DNA of 63,734 nt, filler included, from Octopus bimaculoides (GCF_001194135.2; 10 parts of 10 records of this genome joined end to end with filler, not necessarily neighbours in it), one strand, 5' to 3'. Numbered from the whole stretch's first letter, positions 12,101-23,260 are shown. Program-made: numbers and translations. Notes: a model not told the origin generated them from the sequence alone.

Positions 12101-14341
12101 GAATCATTACATTTTCTCCCTCAGTTACAGCCTCAGGGTGGTGTCAGTAGTTTTGATTTAATAATGCCGACATATTAACCAGTCTAGATATATTATTATC
12201 ATCATCATCATCATCATCATCATCATAATTATCATCATTATCATAATTATTATTATCATCATCATTTTTCCAGTGTTTGAAAGAAAGTGTGGTTAAATGT
12301 CTTGGAGCTGGAATTGGTTTCGGCCTGGACAGGTTAGAATTTCATGTATCCAGTCCTCTACCGACCAATGGCAACACTGTTACTGACACAGTTCTCTTGT
12401 TGGATGGTAAAATCAACAAAGAGTGGACATTTGAAGAGACTCTACTGGAAGGTGACCACTGCATCGCCATAGCTTACCAATATCTTACACCACAGAACCA
12501 TCTTACAGCACTAGAAACCAAAATAAACAATAACGAAAAGGTTTTTCAAGTGTTTTCTTCTTTTAATGTGTGAACAGTGGAATTTTTTTTTTAAATAAAC
12601 TTGTTTTTATGTATCTCCAAGAATAGTGGGAGTGAACTTTCAGTGTTTGTATGTGTGGGTAGGGTTTTGTTGTTTAACTCCAAGTCTATATTTAGCCTGG
12701 AGATTTATGATCAAAGGTATTTCTGTTATAACTATCATGTTTGTTGACTGATGTTTGATCTTTTCTTCAGGCACAATGTATCCAGGACTACATTATCCAA
12801 CATGTCTATCCTTGTAATGAGATATAGGGCTGTAATTTGATGAACATTTGGTTGCTATTCCTAGCAGGTTAATCTACCACATAAAGGTTTTCTCATTGTT
12901 TTGACTGTTGTTGTTAAACCCCAGATCAACCTTGTTATAGGAGACCCATGATCAAAAGGGTTTCAGCTATGGCCATCCTGACTTTTTAGGCAGTCATTAT
13001 ACATCAAAAAGTACATTATCGAACATATCCTTGAGGCTGTGACCGGTTAGATTATTGTTGTAGTTGGTGGTGGTGGTGATGGTGGTGTTTAACCCTAGGT
13101 CAGCCCCACACAGCAGACCTGTGATCAAATACATTCCAGCCATGACCATTCCAGCTTTTATATTTCAATATAATGTAGTATCTAGTACTACATTTATATT
13201 GTGTCCTTCCATTTTTAAGCTAGTAGAGTATGATTTGGTTACTATTTCTTGCAGGTTGAATGACCACTTACTGTCCTCACTGCTGCTTCTCATGTGAATC
13301 ATGAAGTGGTTCCTGTACTTATACCACCCTGCACTGCATCTTTACACATGAGTGGACTAAACCATTTAGAGCCAAATGCCTCAGCTACTGACACACCTCA
13401 GTAACTGCAGCAGGATTACAGGAACACCTTCATGTCTTCACTGGTTCACCATATTCACCCACTTGTTATTGTTAAGCCATGGGTCAGGTCTAACTGAACA
13501 AATCTGTGATCTGAAGCATTCCAACTGTGACTATCTCCTCTCTTAGCATATCAGTTTCTACATGGATGTAATGTACTTTGGGCCTCACAGAGGGGATGAC
13601 AGGGAACCAAGACTCCTGGCAATCTGCTATGCTTGAGAATATATGTCAAGGTAGATAAATACTTGGTTGTCCTTGCATACAGGTATGTCCCCTGCATCCC
13701 TTCTTCTTCAGCTGAGGAAGAGCACTTGTGCCAATGCTGCAAAATAGCACCCAGTACACTATGTTAAGTGGTTGGCATTAGGAAGGGCATCCAGTTATAG
13801 AAACCATGTCACAACAGGCATGGAGCTCAGGCAGCCCTCCAGCTGACCATCTTCTGTCAAACCATCCAACTCATGCCAGCATGGAAAATGGACGTTAAAC
13901 GATGATGGTCGTGGTCATGGTGGACAGTAGAGTATGATGCAAGAGAGATTCGGATACTATTTTTAACTGATTAAATGACTGTGTACAGCCTCTCTTATTT
14001 GCCCAATCCAAATATATTCAGGGCATAAAACAAAAGACTCCCATTTAAAACAGTAGGGTGTTGAGTCAGAGAAAATGTGGTTGACATCTTAAAATCTTTA
14101 TTGTCTTGCATAGAAACATTAAATGACATTTCTAGATTTGAAAAATTATTTTATCTTTTTGTTCTTTCAGGAATCACAACAAAGTCTCGTTGAAGCTTCA
14201 ACTATTAAACCATTTAGAATCCTTTCCTTTCAAGAACTGATAGCCAATGCCAAGCCCCAGACACCAGCTGATCTCGAATACTGGCAGAACTTTGATTCCA
14301 AACTAGAAAGACCCAAAAAACAACAGGAATCAGTCACATAA
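9011..14341 (+). CDS. AASDHPPT: Sfp-type 4'-phosphopantetheinyl transferase (L-aminoadipate-semialdehyde dehydrogenase-PPTase); join(9011..9166,10095..10323,11485..11606,12274..12540,14171..14341), 945 nt, 314 aa
   Basis: Five exons splice in frame with GT-AG boundaries (phases 0,1,0,0). The product closely resembles human AASDHPPT as I recall it: IQPEEKERISQFMFQKDAKAAM|AGRLLIRK, RTDKGKP, FNIAHHG, GVDIMK (GxD motif), FYRHW|CLKES (WxxKE motif), EWTFEE, FRILSFQELI. Confidence 0.95.
9767..9810 (-). ncRNA. Degenerate type-I hammerhead motif, antisense in AASDHPPT intron 1
   Basis: Minus strand reads UCCAGA CUGAUGA UGAGCAAUGACUCU GAAA CUAA UC UCUGGG. Stem I is intact; stem II closes U-U; helix III is one change from the palindrome CUAG. 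Confidence 0.55.
10095..10323 (+). CDS. AASDHPPT: AASDHPPT coding exon 2
   Basis: Acceptor ttttctag|GCT; AGRLLIRKSL...RTDKGKPYL...FNIAHHGNFTVLA...GVDIMKVEQP; phase-1 donor CCAA|GTAGGT is the one that keeps exon 3 in frame. Confidence 0.92.
11485..11606 (+). CDS. AASDHPPT: AASDHPPT coding exon 3
   Basis: Acceptor atttcag|TG; (M)GRTVKKFFHDMRRQFTELEWGVIQ...QLLMFYRHW; donor TGG|GTATGT; 122 nt. Confidence 0.92.
12274..12540 (+). CDS. AASDHPPT: AASDHPPT coding exon 4
   Basis: Acceptor tttttccag|TGT; CLKESVVKCLGAGIGFGLDRLEF...EWTFEETLLEGDHCIAIAY. The 3' boundary is less sure: weak donor AAG|GTTTTT after 12540, or in-phase CAA|GTGTTT after 12549. Confidence 0.85.
13760..13910 (+). mobile_element. 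RTE-type LINE/SINE 3' tail in AASDHPPT intron 4
   Basis: gttggcattaggaagggcatccag...catgccagcatggaaaatggacgttaaacgatgatg, resembling RTE-clade 3' ends with a short-repeat tail. Confidence 0.4.
14171..14341 (+). CDS. AASDHPPT: AASDHPPT terminal coding exon 5
   Basis: Acceptor ttctttcag|GAA; ESQQ...KPFRILSFQELIANAKPQTPADLEYWQNF...VT*, resembling the human C-terminus (FTILNFNDLMSSAVPMTPEDPSFW, from memory). Confidence 0.88.
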   Translation, partial: ESQQSLVEASTIKPFRILSFQELIANAKPQTPADLEYWQNFDSKLERPKKQQESVT

Positions 14342-14405
14342 CCTTTCAATGTGCAATTGCTCAGTGTGTATATATAGATATATATTTGTGTGTGTGTATG
14401 TGTGC

Positions 14406-14435
<30 letters not shown>

Positions 14436-14442
<7 letters not shown>

Positions 14443-16075
14443 GTAGTATATTGCCACTTAAGTGTGGCTGACCCCTAGGGGTGGATGTTACTGTTGCTTT
14501 TAGCCCCAGGAGGACATCTCCTCCAGCTGGCTTATCGACACACGACTGTGTCCTGTTTGCCAAGGGAGTTATCCCTCTCACCACGACCAGCAGCACGAAC
14601 GTATCCGGATTTCAGGGTTATTTCCCTTCTTCGGCGTTCGACAGCTGATGACCTTGGTGAGAGAGAAAAACCTGGCAAAATCTTATATCTTCTTTTCCAG
14701 TGGCATTCTTCACTGATATTGAAAAGGTGAAAACAAGCAATGTTAATTCTCTAAATGAAGTATTAACAGTAACTGCACNNNNNNNNNNNNNNNNNNNNNN
14801 NNNNNNNNNNNNNNNNNNNNNNNNNNNNNNNNNNNNNNNNNNNNNNNNNNNNNNNNNNNNNNNNNNNNNNNNNNNNNNNNNNNNNNNNNNNNNNNNNNNN
14901 NNNNNNNNNNNNNNNNNNNNNNNNNNNNNNNNNNNNNNNNNNNNNNNNNNNNNNNNNNNNNNNNNNNNNNNNNNNNNNNNNNNNNNNNNNNNNNNNNNNN
15001 NNNNNNNNNNNNNNNNNNNNNNNNNNNNNNNNNNNNNNNNNNNNNNNNNNNNNNNNNNNNNNNNNNNNNNNNNNNNNNNNNNNNNNNNNNNNNNNNNNNN
15101 NNNNNNNNNNNNNNNNNNNNNNNNNNNNNNNNNNNNNNNNNNNNNNNNNNNNNNNNNNNNNNNNNNNNNNNNNNNNNNNNNNNNNNNNNNNNNNNNNNNN
15201 NNNNNNNNNNNNNNNNNNNNNNNNNNNNNNNNNNNNNNNNNNNNNNNNNNNNNNNNNNNNNNNNNNNNNNNNNNNNNNNNNNNNNNNNNNNNNNNNNNNN
15301 NNNNNNNNNNNNNNNNNNNNNNNNNNNNNNNNNNNNNNNNNNNNNNNNNNNNNNNNNNNNNNNNNNNNNNNNNNNNNNNNNNNNNNNNNNNNNNNNNNNN
15401 NNNNNNNNNNNNNNNNNNNNNNNNNNNNNNNNNNNNNNNNNNNNNNNNNNNNNNNNNNNNNNNNNNNNNNNNNNNNNNNNNNNNNNNNNNNNNNNNNNNN
15501 NNNNNNNNNNNNNNNNNNNNNNNNNNNNNNNNNNNNNNNNNNNNNNNNNNNNNNNNNNNNNNNNNNNNNNNNNNNNNNNNNNNNNNNNNNNNNNNNNNNN
15601 NNNNNNNNNNNNNNNNNNNNNNNNNNNNNNNNNNNNNNNNNNNNNNNNNNNNNNNNNNNNNNNNNNNNNNNNNNNNNNNNNNNNNNNNNNNNNNNNNNNN
15701 NNNNTACTTCATTTAGAGAATTAACATTGCTTGTTTTCACCTTTTCAATATCAGTGAAGAATGCCACTGGAAAAGAAGATATAAGATTTTGCCAGGTTTT
15801 TCTCTCTCACCAAGGTCATCAGCTGTCGAACGCCGAAGAAGGGAAATAACCCTGAAATCCGGATACGTTCGTGCTGCTGGTCGTGGTGAGAGGGATAACT
15901 CCCTTGGCAAACAGGACACAGTCGTGTGTCGATAAGCCAGCTGGAGGAGATGTCCTCCTGGGGCTAAAAGCAACAGTAACATCCACCCCTAGGGGTCAGC
16001 CACACTTAAGTGGCAATATACTACACTTTATCGTGCAGTTACTGTTAATACTTCATTTAGAGAATTAACATTGCT
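14436..16075. repeat. Perfect 327-bp inverted repeat around a 926-N gap; unit is a 344-bp tandem monomer
   Basis: 14436-14762 = revcomp 15705-16031; 16032-16075 restarts the unit (tacttcatttagag at both 15705 and 16049). Confidence 0.9.
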
Positions 16076-16384
16076 ATATATATATATATATGTATATATA
16101 AAATCTCCAGGATTCGTGAGAATCAGGTATTTAAATAGTGAAAGCACCAAGGTCAGCCCAGTGATAGTGCTATCTTGTACAAACAATGTTTAACAACAAG
16201 TACGCACTCACTGAAGTAAACATGGATTTGTTCTCCAGTTATGCAAACATTTTCAAGCAGCTGTCTGAATATACAATGAGTCATCAAGGTCACACATAGA
16301 TACACTCACTGCACCTATTGATCCATCGTCCATAGACTCTGGATCCCAACAAATTGCATGTTCCAAGTTAGGTGAAGGATGAAC

Positions 16385-16554
16385 AATAACACATGGATTG
16401 TGGTTCACAACAGCTGTTTCAGGCATGTTATTTTATTGATGAAGAGAAGTGTTACGTTTTGTCGGGTGTTTACAGGATGTAACACTGCTATTCATCAATA
16501 AAAAAAAAACATGTCTGAAACAGCTGCAGTGAACCACAATCTATCCGTTGTTAT

Positions 16555-16555
<1 letters not shown>
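16385..16555. mobile_element. Hairpin/foldback MITE-like palindrome
   Basis: About 70-bp imperfect arms (16385-16455 / 16479-16555) around a 23-nt loop. Confidence 0.7.
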
Positions 16556-16586
<31 letters not shown>

Positions 16587-16686
16587 NNNNNNNNNNNNNN
16601 NNNNNNNNNNNNNNNNNNNNNNNNNNNNNNTTAATTAATTAANNNNNNNNNNNNNNNNNNNNNNNNNNNNNNNNNNNNNNNNNNNN
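16587..16686. other. Assembly join: 44 N + TTAATTAATTAA + 44 N (same 12-mer at 27724, 32861, 42787, 45564, 55009, 59117, 61397, 62626)
   Basis: The same layout occurs nine times (44-N flanks counted on both sides for two joins, left side for most others); the 12-mer is a palindrome with a stop codon in all six frames. Confidence 0.97.
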
Positions 16687-16929
16687 ATATATATATATAT
16701 AAACACATGGGGCAAGGATTTCGACGCTGAAGCAGGTATGTGTATACATGGCTCTTCTTCACATTATACTATGACGCATATGTGTATAGACACAGCCACG
16801 AGCACAAATATACACCCACTCCCCACCCATCCCGACTCCACACACATCATGAAAGAGTCTATTTGAACAGGGGCGAAACGTCACGTTACTTTCGCTACAG
16901 CTGTAAGTACGTGTAGAAGTATAAACGTG

Positions 16930-17450
16930 TAGCCGTGTAGACATGTAGGCATGTGGGCATGTGGGCTTCTAACCAGGCAGCCATGTAGCAGGTGGCTGTG
17001 TCACAATGTGGCCATATAACTGTATAACCATGTAGCCGTGATGCCATGCAACCGTACAATCCTGTAGCCGCGTACCCCTGTAGCTATGTCACCATGTAGC
17101 CACACGGCCGTGTAGCTGTACCGTCGTGTAGTCAAACAAGTAGCTGTATAGCTGTGTCACCATGTAGCCATACAGTCGTGTAGCCTCGGGGTTGTACCCT
17201 TATCAAGCCGTACAGCCATACAGCCATATAGCCGTATATACCTGTGCCTGCATGTTGCCATACATCTATTTAGCAGTATCATCATGTAGCTATACAACCA
17301 CGTATAACTGTGCTGTCATGTAGCCGTACCCCATGTAGCTGTACCACCATGTAGCCGTGTAGCCGTGTCGCCATGTAATCGTGTAGCTGTCCAACCAGGC
17401 AGCCATGGAACCATGCAACTGTGCAGCCATGCAGTCATATAGCTGTGCAG
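16930..17450. repeat. Degenerate short-period repeat built on TGTAGC / CATGTAGCCG
   Basis: About two dozen variants of (ca)tgtagc(c/t) interspersed. Confidence 0.75.
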
Positions 17451-18303
17451 TCATGCGTGCATATAAGGAGTTGCTTACTAGAGGCCACTGCATTTCTAAT
17501 GCATCACATCAGTCCACACCATCCTCCCACACACACACACACACACATTAAAATCTATGTGTATATATATGTATGTATATATATATATATATATNNNNNN
17601 NNNNNNNNNNNNNNNNNNNNNNNNNNNNNNNNNNNNNNNNNNNNNNNNNNNNNNNNNNNNNNNNNNNNNNNNNNNNNNNNNNNNNNNNNNNNNNNNNNNN
17701 NNNNNNNNNNNNNNNNNNNNNNNNNNNNNNNNNNNNNNNNNNNNNNNNNNNNNNNNNNNNNNNNNNNNNNNNNNNNNNNNNNNNNNNNNNNNNNNNNNNN
17801 NNNNNNNNNNNNNNNNNNNNNNNNNNNNNNNNNNNNNNNNNNNNNNNNNNNNNNNNNNNNNNNNNNNNNNNNNNNNNNNNNNNNNNNNNNNNNNNNNNNN
17901 NNNNNNNNNNNNNNNNNNNNNNNNNNNNNNNNNNNNNNNNNNNNNNNNNNNNNNNNNNNNNNNNNNNNNNNNNNNNNNNNNGTGTGTGTATATATATATG
18001 TATATATATATATATGCCTGCATACACACCTACGTACATTAGTTTATTTATCATAAGCAGACAAGTAGATCGGTGAGCGATCGTGTAGAGTGCAATATAG
18101 TATGCAGTGATCGGAAAAGGGGGGAAATTTCGTATTTCGTGCTACTATTTATTGGGGAAATTCTGTTTTTATTCACAAATAGCGTTGAACGCTTCAACAT
18201 TTGGAGAATTACGTTTCCTATATCGTCTGCACGCGACTACTAGACGCCTATAAACACAGAACTATTGCATGTAAGTACGTGCATAATTTTATACACACGC
18301 GCA

Positions 18304-18344
<41 letters not shown>

Positions 18345-18976
18345 GTATGCATGTATACATGTGTGTGGACGTGTAGTAGGTTAATTCATAAGAAATCTAG
18401 ATAAGCGCTCTATTTTCTTTCCGTTAAGAGGGCTGAGGACGATAGTGTAGCTATGAATAACAATGCTTTTACGCGTATTATCTTAATATATAATGGAAAT
18501 TTTGATTAAGATTCTTGAATATCGTTGAGAGAAAAATGTATGGGATCCAATGTGACTTCATTGAGAAGATAAACAGCTTACATGAATGGGCGTTTTTGAA
18601 TGAAGTTTAATTATGAAGGACTCGACTCGACTGCGTATACGGTATGGGATGCCACTATTGGGTGTGAAAACAACTAGCAAGAGAAAGCAAGACACAGCCA
18701 TTCGATTTTCTTCATAGAGATCTTGGAAAACTACTGTGTTCATGAATGCCGATATTAATGTTGTAGTGAGAGATTTGTCTGTTGGCTCCGCCTTTTCAAA
18801 GCCCGCCCAGCTTCGGCCTCACGTGTCGAGCGTGCGCCAAGAAGCGTCTCACGTGTCTCGGCACGATTGTCTCTGATTCTCGTAGCAACAGATGAAGCAT
18901 CACTGCTGCAGCAGCGGTGTTTCTTGCCAGAACTGGTGAATGGCGATAACGGTGGATGGAAGTTGGGCTGAGAGGT

Positions 18977-18985
<9 letters not shown>

Positions 18986-19053
<68 letters not shown>
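18986..19053. repeat. (GA)n microsatellite
   Basis: Direct observation. Confidence 0.95.
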
Positions 19054-19055
<2 letters not shown>

Positions 19056-20164
19056 TGAATCGAAGTGAAAGGCTGAGGAAAGAAGGCTATCAATGAATGA
19101 GAGAAAGAGAGAAAAGGAGAGAAAGAGAGAGAGATCTATTGAATGAGCTGCTTGCTTGCCAAGCATTTGGAGATTGAACTGATAGCAACATTGCCTACTA
19201 CCAAGCGGGATGGGGGGAAGACTGGGGGTTTTCTACAATTATATAGAATATAAGGAACACACACGCGCACACACACACACACACACACACACNNNNNNNN
19301 NNNNNNNNNNNNNNNNNNNNNNNNNNNNNNNNNNNNNNNNNNNNNNNNNNNNNNNNNNNNNNNNNNNNNNNNNNNNNNNNNNNNNNNNNNNNNNNNNNNN
19401 NNNNNNNNNNNNNNNNNNNNNNNNNNNNNNNNNNNNNNNNNNNNNNNNNNNNNNNNNNNNNNNNNNNNNNNNNNNNNNNNNNNNNNNNNNNNNNNNNNNN
19501 NNNNNNNNNNNNNNNNNNNNNNNNNNNNNNNNNNNNNNNNNNNNNNNNNNNNNNNNNNNNNNNNNNNNNNNNNNNNNNNNNNNNNNNNNNNNNNNNNNNN
19601 NNNNNNNNNNNNNNNNNNNNNNNNNNNNNNNNNNNNNNNNNNNNNNNNNNNNNNNNNNNNNNNNNNNNNNNNNNNNNNNNNNNNNNNNNNNNNNNNNNNN
19701 NNNNNNNNNNNNNNNNNNNNNNNNNNNNNNNNNNNNNNNNNNNNNNNNNNNNNATATATATATATATATATATATACATGACGACTGTCCATTCGGGACC
19801 TAGGAAGACCATCACTGTCCATTGAGAACATCGTGCACTCAGGCAAATTTATTCTTTACACTTGAGGCCTCCGCTGGTGACAAGTGATCCCAGCTATTGA
19901 TAGACATACACGTCTAGCTTCCCCCATTTATTACATTAGCGGTGTGTTTTCAAGCAACTCGCTTAAATTCTTCTTTCTTTACTCGTTTCACACTTCTTCC
20001 TTTACTCGTTTCCTCCATGTGTGGTGAAGATAAGCATTGCTTTCCCGGTTGACTTCCCATATCTCACATGCCCTCAACGAGGACTTTACACAAACCTTAA
20101 ATCTTAGTCTTGGTTTCTGTATGGGGGCAAACGAGTTCGTCCTTATAGCATATACCATCAGCGT

Positions 20165-20385
20165 ACACATATACATGCGCGTGCCTTGACATGCAACCAC
20201 ATGCATGAGAATACATACATGAAACAAAACATACAAACCTGTACATGCACCGACTCCAAATATTGTACATGTACATACACATACATGTACAAATAATACC
20301 CTGTTGATGTTGATGAAATTTCAATGAAGGAGGCTTGGATCTAGGTTAGAAACCGGTTCTTTGTCTATTGGCAAGAATAACTGAT
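20165..20385 (+). mobile_element. Family A 3' UTR plus terminal module, plus orientation
   Basis: gcatgagaatac...aaaacatacaaa followed by ataccctgttgatgttgatgaaattt...ggatctaggttagaaacc...ctattggcaagaa, the reverse complement of 2521-2760. Confidence 0.7.
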
Positions 20386-20940
20386 ATTTCGGCACAAAAT
20401 GTCCTATACACAACTTGAACAATTATTGACAAAACTTCTGACGCTCTTCGGACCTCACTCAGAAGTTCTAATCGTCGCACTAACCATAATCCCGTCCTCG
20501 TTTAGTGAACGTTCTTCAGAATAAAATCTCTAAAAGACCTTCTTATAAACTTGGCATGAGCATCTTACAATTTCTCTTCTGGGTTTAGAGCTAGAGTCCA
20601 CTCAAAGACTCCAACTACTTTGATATAATGGTTGTTGTAGTAACGTTGTCTTTTTTTCTTCTAATCCTCTCCTCCTCTGACGACTCTTATCGCTGAATGA
20701 ATGTATGTGGGTTAAACTCAAGCATTTGAAGTATATCTCAGAAGTACTTTTCTAATAAATATTCAACACACACGTTCTTCTAACGTCATAAAAACGCAAA
20801 GAAAATATAGTTTACCAATAAAATTTCAGAAAGAAAAAAAACGGTAAAAGCAATTCTTGCTGACGCACACAACCACTTGTTACTTGGGAACACACACATA
20901 CACACACATGCATACATAATATACACACATTCACGCTATT

Positions 20941-21036
20941 TTGGACCCGCTTCTTTTTATAGACTTTATGAACGACATCTGAAGCGTCATCAAACACAGC
21001 AAAATAAAAATATTCGCAGATGACTCGAAGCTCCAG
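20941..21036 (+). mobile_element. CR1/L2-type RT fragment (catalytic FADD motif) running into a gap
   Basis: LDPLLFIDFMNDI*SVIKHSKIKIFADDSKLQ; starts where the 5083-5856 fragment stops. Confidence 0.75.
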
Positions 21037-22106
21037 NNNNNNNNNNNNNNNNNNNNNNNNNNNNNNNNNNNNNNNNNNNNNNNNNNNNNNNNNNNNNNNN
21101 NNNNNNNNNNNNNNNNNNNNNNNNNNNNNNNNNNNNNNNNNNNNNNNNNNNNNNNNNNNNNNNNNNNNNNNNNNNNNNNNNNNNNNNNNNNNNNNNNNNN
21201 NNNNNNNNNNNNNNNNNNNNNNNNNNNNNNNNNNNNNNNNNNNNNNNNNNNNNNNNNNNNNNNNNNNNNNNNNNNNNNNNNNNNNNNNNNNNNNNNNNNN
21301 NNNNNNNNNNNNNNNNNNNNNNNNNNNNNNNNNNNNNNNNNNNNNNNNNNNNNNNNNNNNNNNNNNNNNNNNNNNNNNNNNNNNNNNNNNNNNNNNNNNN
21401 NNNNNNNNNNNNNNNNNNNNNNNNNNNNNNNNNNNNNNNNNNNNNNNNNNNNNNNNNNNNNNNNNNNNNNNNNNNNNNNNNNNNNNNNNNNNNNNNNNNN
21501 NNNNNNNNNNNNNNNNNNNNNNNNNNNNNNNNNNNNNNNNNNNNNNNNNNNNNNNNNNNNNNNNNNNNNNNNNNNNNNNNNNNNNNNNNNNNNNNNNNNN
21601 NNNNNNNNNNNNNNNNNNNNNNNNNNNNNNNNNNNNNNNNNNNNNNNNNNNNNNNNNNNNNNNNNNNNNNNNNNNNNNNNNNNNNNNNNNNNNNNNNNNN
21701 NNNNNNNNNNNNNNNNNNNNNNNNNNNNNNNNNNNNNNNNNNNNNNNNNNNNNNNNNNNNNNNNNNNNNNNNNNNNNNNNNNNNNNNNNNNNNNNNNNNN
21801 NNNNNNNNNNNNNNNNNNNNNNNNNNNNNNNNNNNNNNNNNNNNNNNNNNNNNNNNNNNNNNNNNNNATGGAGAGAGGGGAACCGGAAGGAGATCTTTCC
21901 TCTTATTATCTTTCACTTGTCTCAGTCATTCGACTGCGGCCAAGCTGGGGCACCGCCTTGCGGAATTTCAGTCGTACGAATTGACCCCAAGACTTACTCT
22001 CCGTTTTTTTAAAGCCTGATACTTATTCTATCGGTCGCTTTTGCTGATCTGCTACGTTTGAGGACGTAAACACATCATCGCATTTTATCACGAGGTGATG
22101 CGGAAC

Positions 22107-22152
<46 letters not shown>

Positions 22153-23159
22153 TTACACCCATGTGTGTTATGAATGTGTTTGCGTACGTATGCCAATGTA
22201 TGTGTGTCCTGTATGTATGTTTGAACCGAGAAGAACGCAATCTGGATCGAAAGAAATTCGTGCGAACAGTTACTTAGCTAAACGCATGCGCAGACAAATA
22301 GAATAGAGAAAAGGATGCAGCGAAAAAACAAAAAAAACAAAACAAAAAAACAAAAAATGTCTGAATTACAGGAAGTTGACAACATCCTGGGTTAATAAAA
22401 ATATAAATAAATAACAATTTGTTTCTGCTGGTTTGTGGGCGTGTGCATATATATGTAAGCGCTATTGGCGCATAAATGTATGTGTTTGTGCGTGTGCCCG
22501 GGTGCGCATGCGTGCGTGCGTGTGTACATATATATATGTATAAATGTATGTACATATGTGTGTGTGTGTATACAATATCTAGGACATCATCCACTAATGA
22601 GTTCATTCTTTATTGAAGACAGCCGAAAATGCTATGAGGGAGATTTGGCCTCCATTTCTAACAGGCCGACCGACCACCTACAAGCTTCCCAGTTGTCTTG
22701 TCACAGTTTCTATGCTTGTTGTTTATTTGTAGACATCAGCGTCTCAAACTAGACATTGATGACGTCACCAATGACGTCACAGACGACTCCAGGGACGTTT
22801 GAAGTTTGCTTTTTTGCTTTATTTTTATTGTTGTTTATTACTGTTTTATTTAAACTGCAAAACTATATATTTTTTTACGGAACAGTAAACTTAGAGCAGC
22901 AATTATGAAGTGTGGCCATACATTATCATTCCCCTGTCGAAGATTCCAGCATCTTTTTACACGATGGCCGTAAAGTTTAAAAGAGCAACAGAATAACAGA
23001 ATGAAAGAATATACAACATAATCTGAGACACATTTATTTGTGACAGACTTAATCCGTTGTCCGGTTTAACCTCATTCCCATCACCTCCGCTGCTGTCCCC
23101 ACCACCACCCTCACCATAACCCTCCATCACTGACTCCGTCGTCACCTCCATCGCCACGA

Positions 23160-23260
23160 CGTGAAAAAGGGTTGCGGAGCACTGGTCTACGCCAGTGGTT
23201 CCCAAAGTGGACGGTACTGTCCCGCTAGGGGTTAGATCCAGAGGGGCGTTAAAGAAAAGT
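23160..23260 (+). mobile_element. hAT-Charlie-like termini in tail-to-head arrangement
   Basis: Right end aaaaagggttgcggagcactg (to 23184), 8-bp GTCTACGC, then left end CAGTGGTTCCCAAAG at 23193. Confidence 0.55.

Noticed and set aside
14640-14680. Hammerhead in the 344-bp unit (CTGATGA...GAAA)
   Set aside because: No proper stem II closure, no helix III/UH site and no stem I partner.
16631-16642. Recurrent palindrome TTAATTAATTAA as a biological repeat or piggyBac-type target
   Set aside because: It always sits in the middle of an N run with the same layout; it is an assembly spacer with stops in all six frames.
20315-20365. Hammerhead in the family A terminal module (atgaaggaggct...ggttagaaaccggtt)
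   Set aside because: The core lacks C3 and A9, has an extra A before GAAA in the copies seen, and has no stem I.
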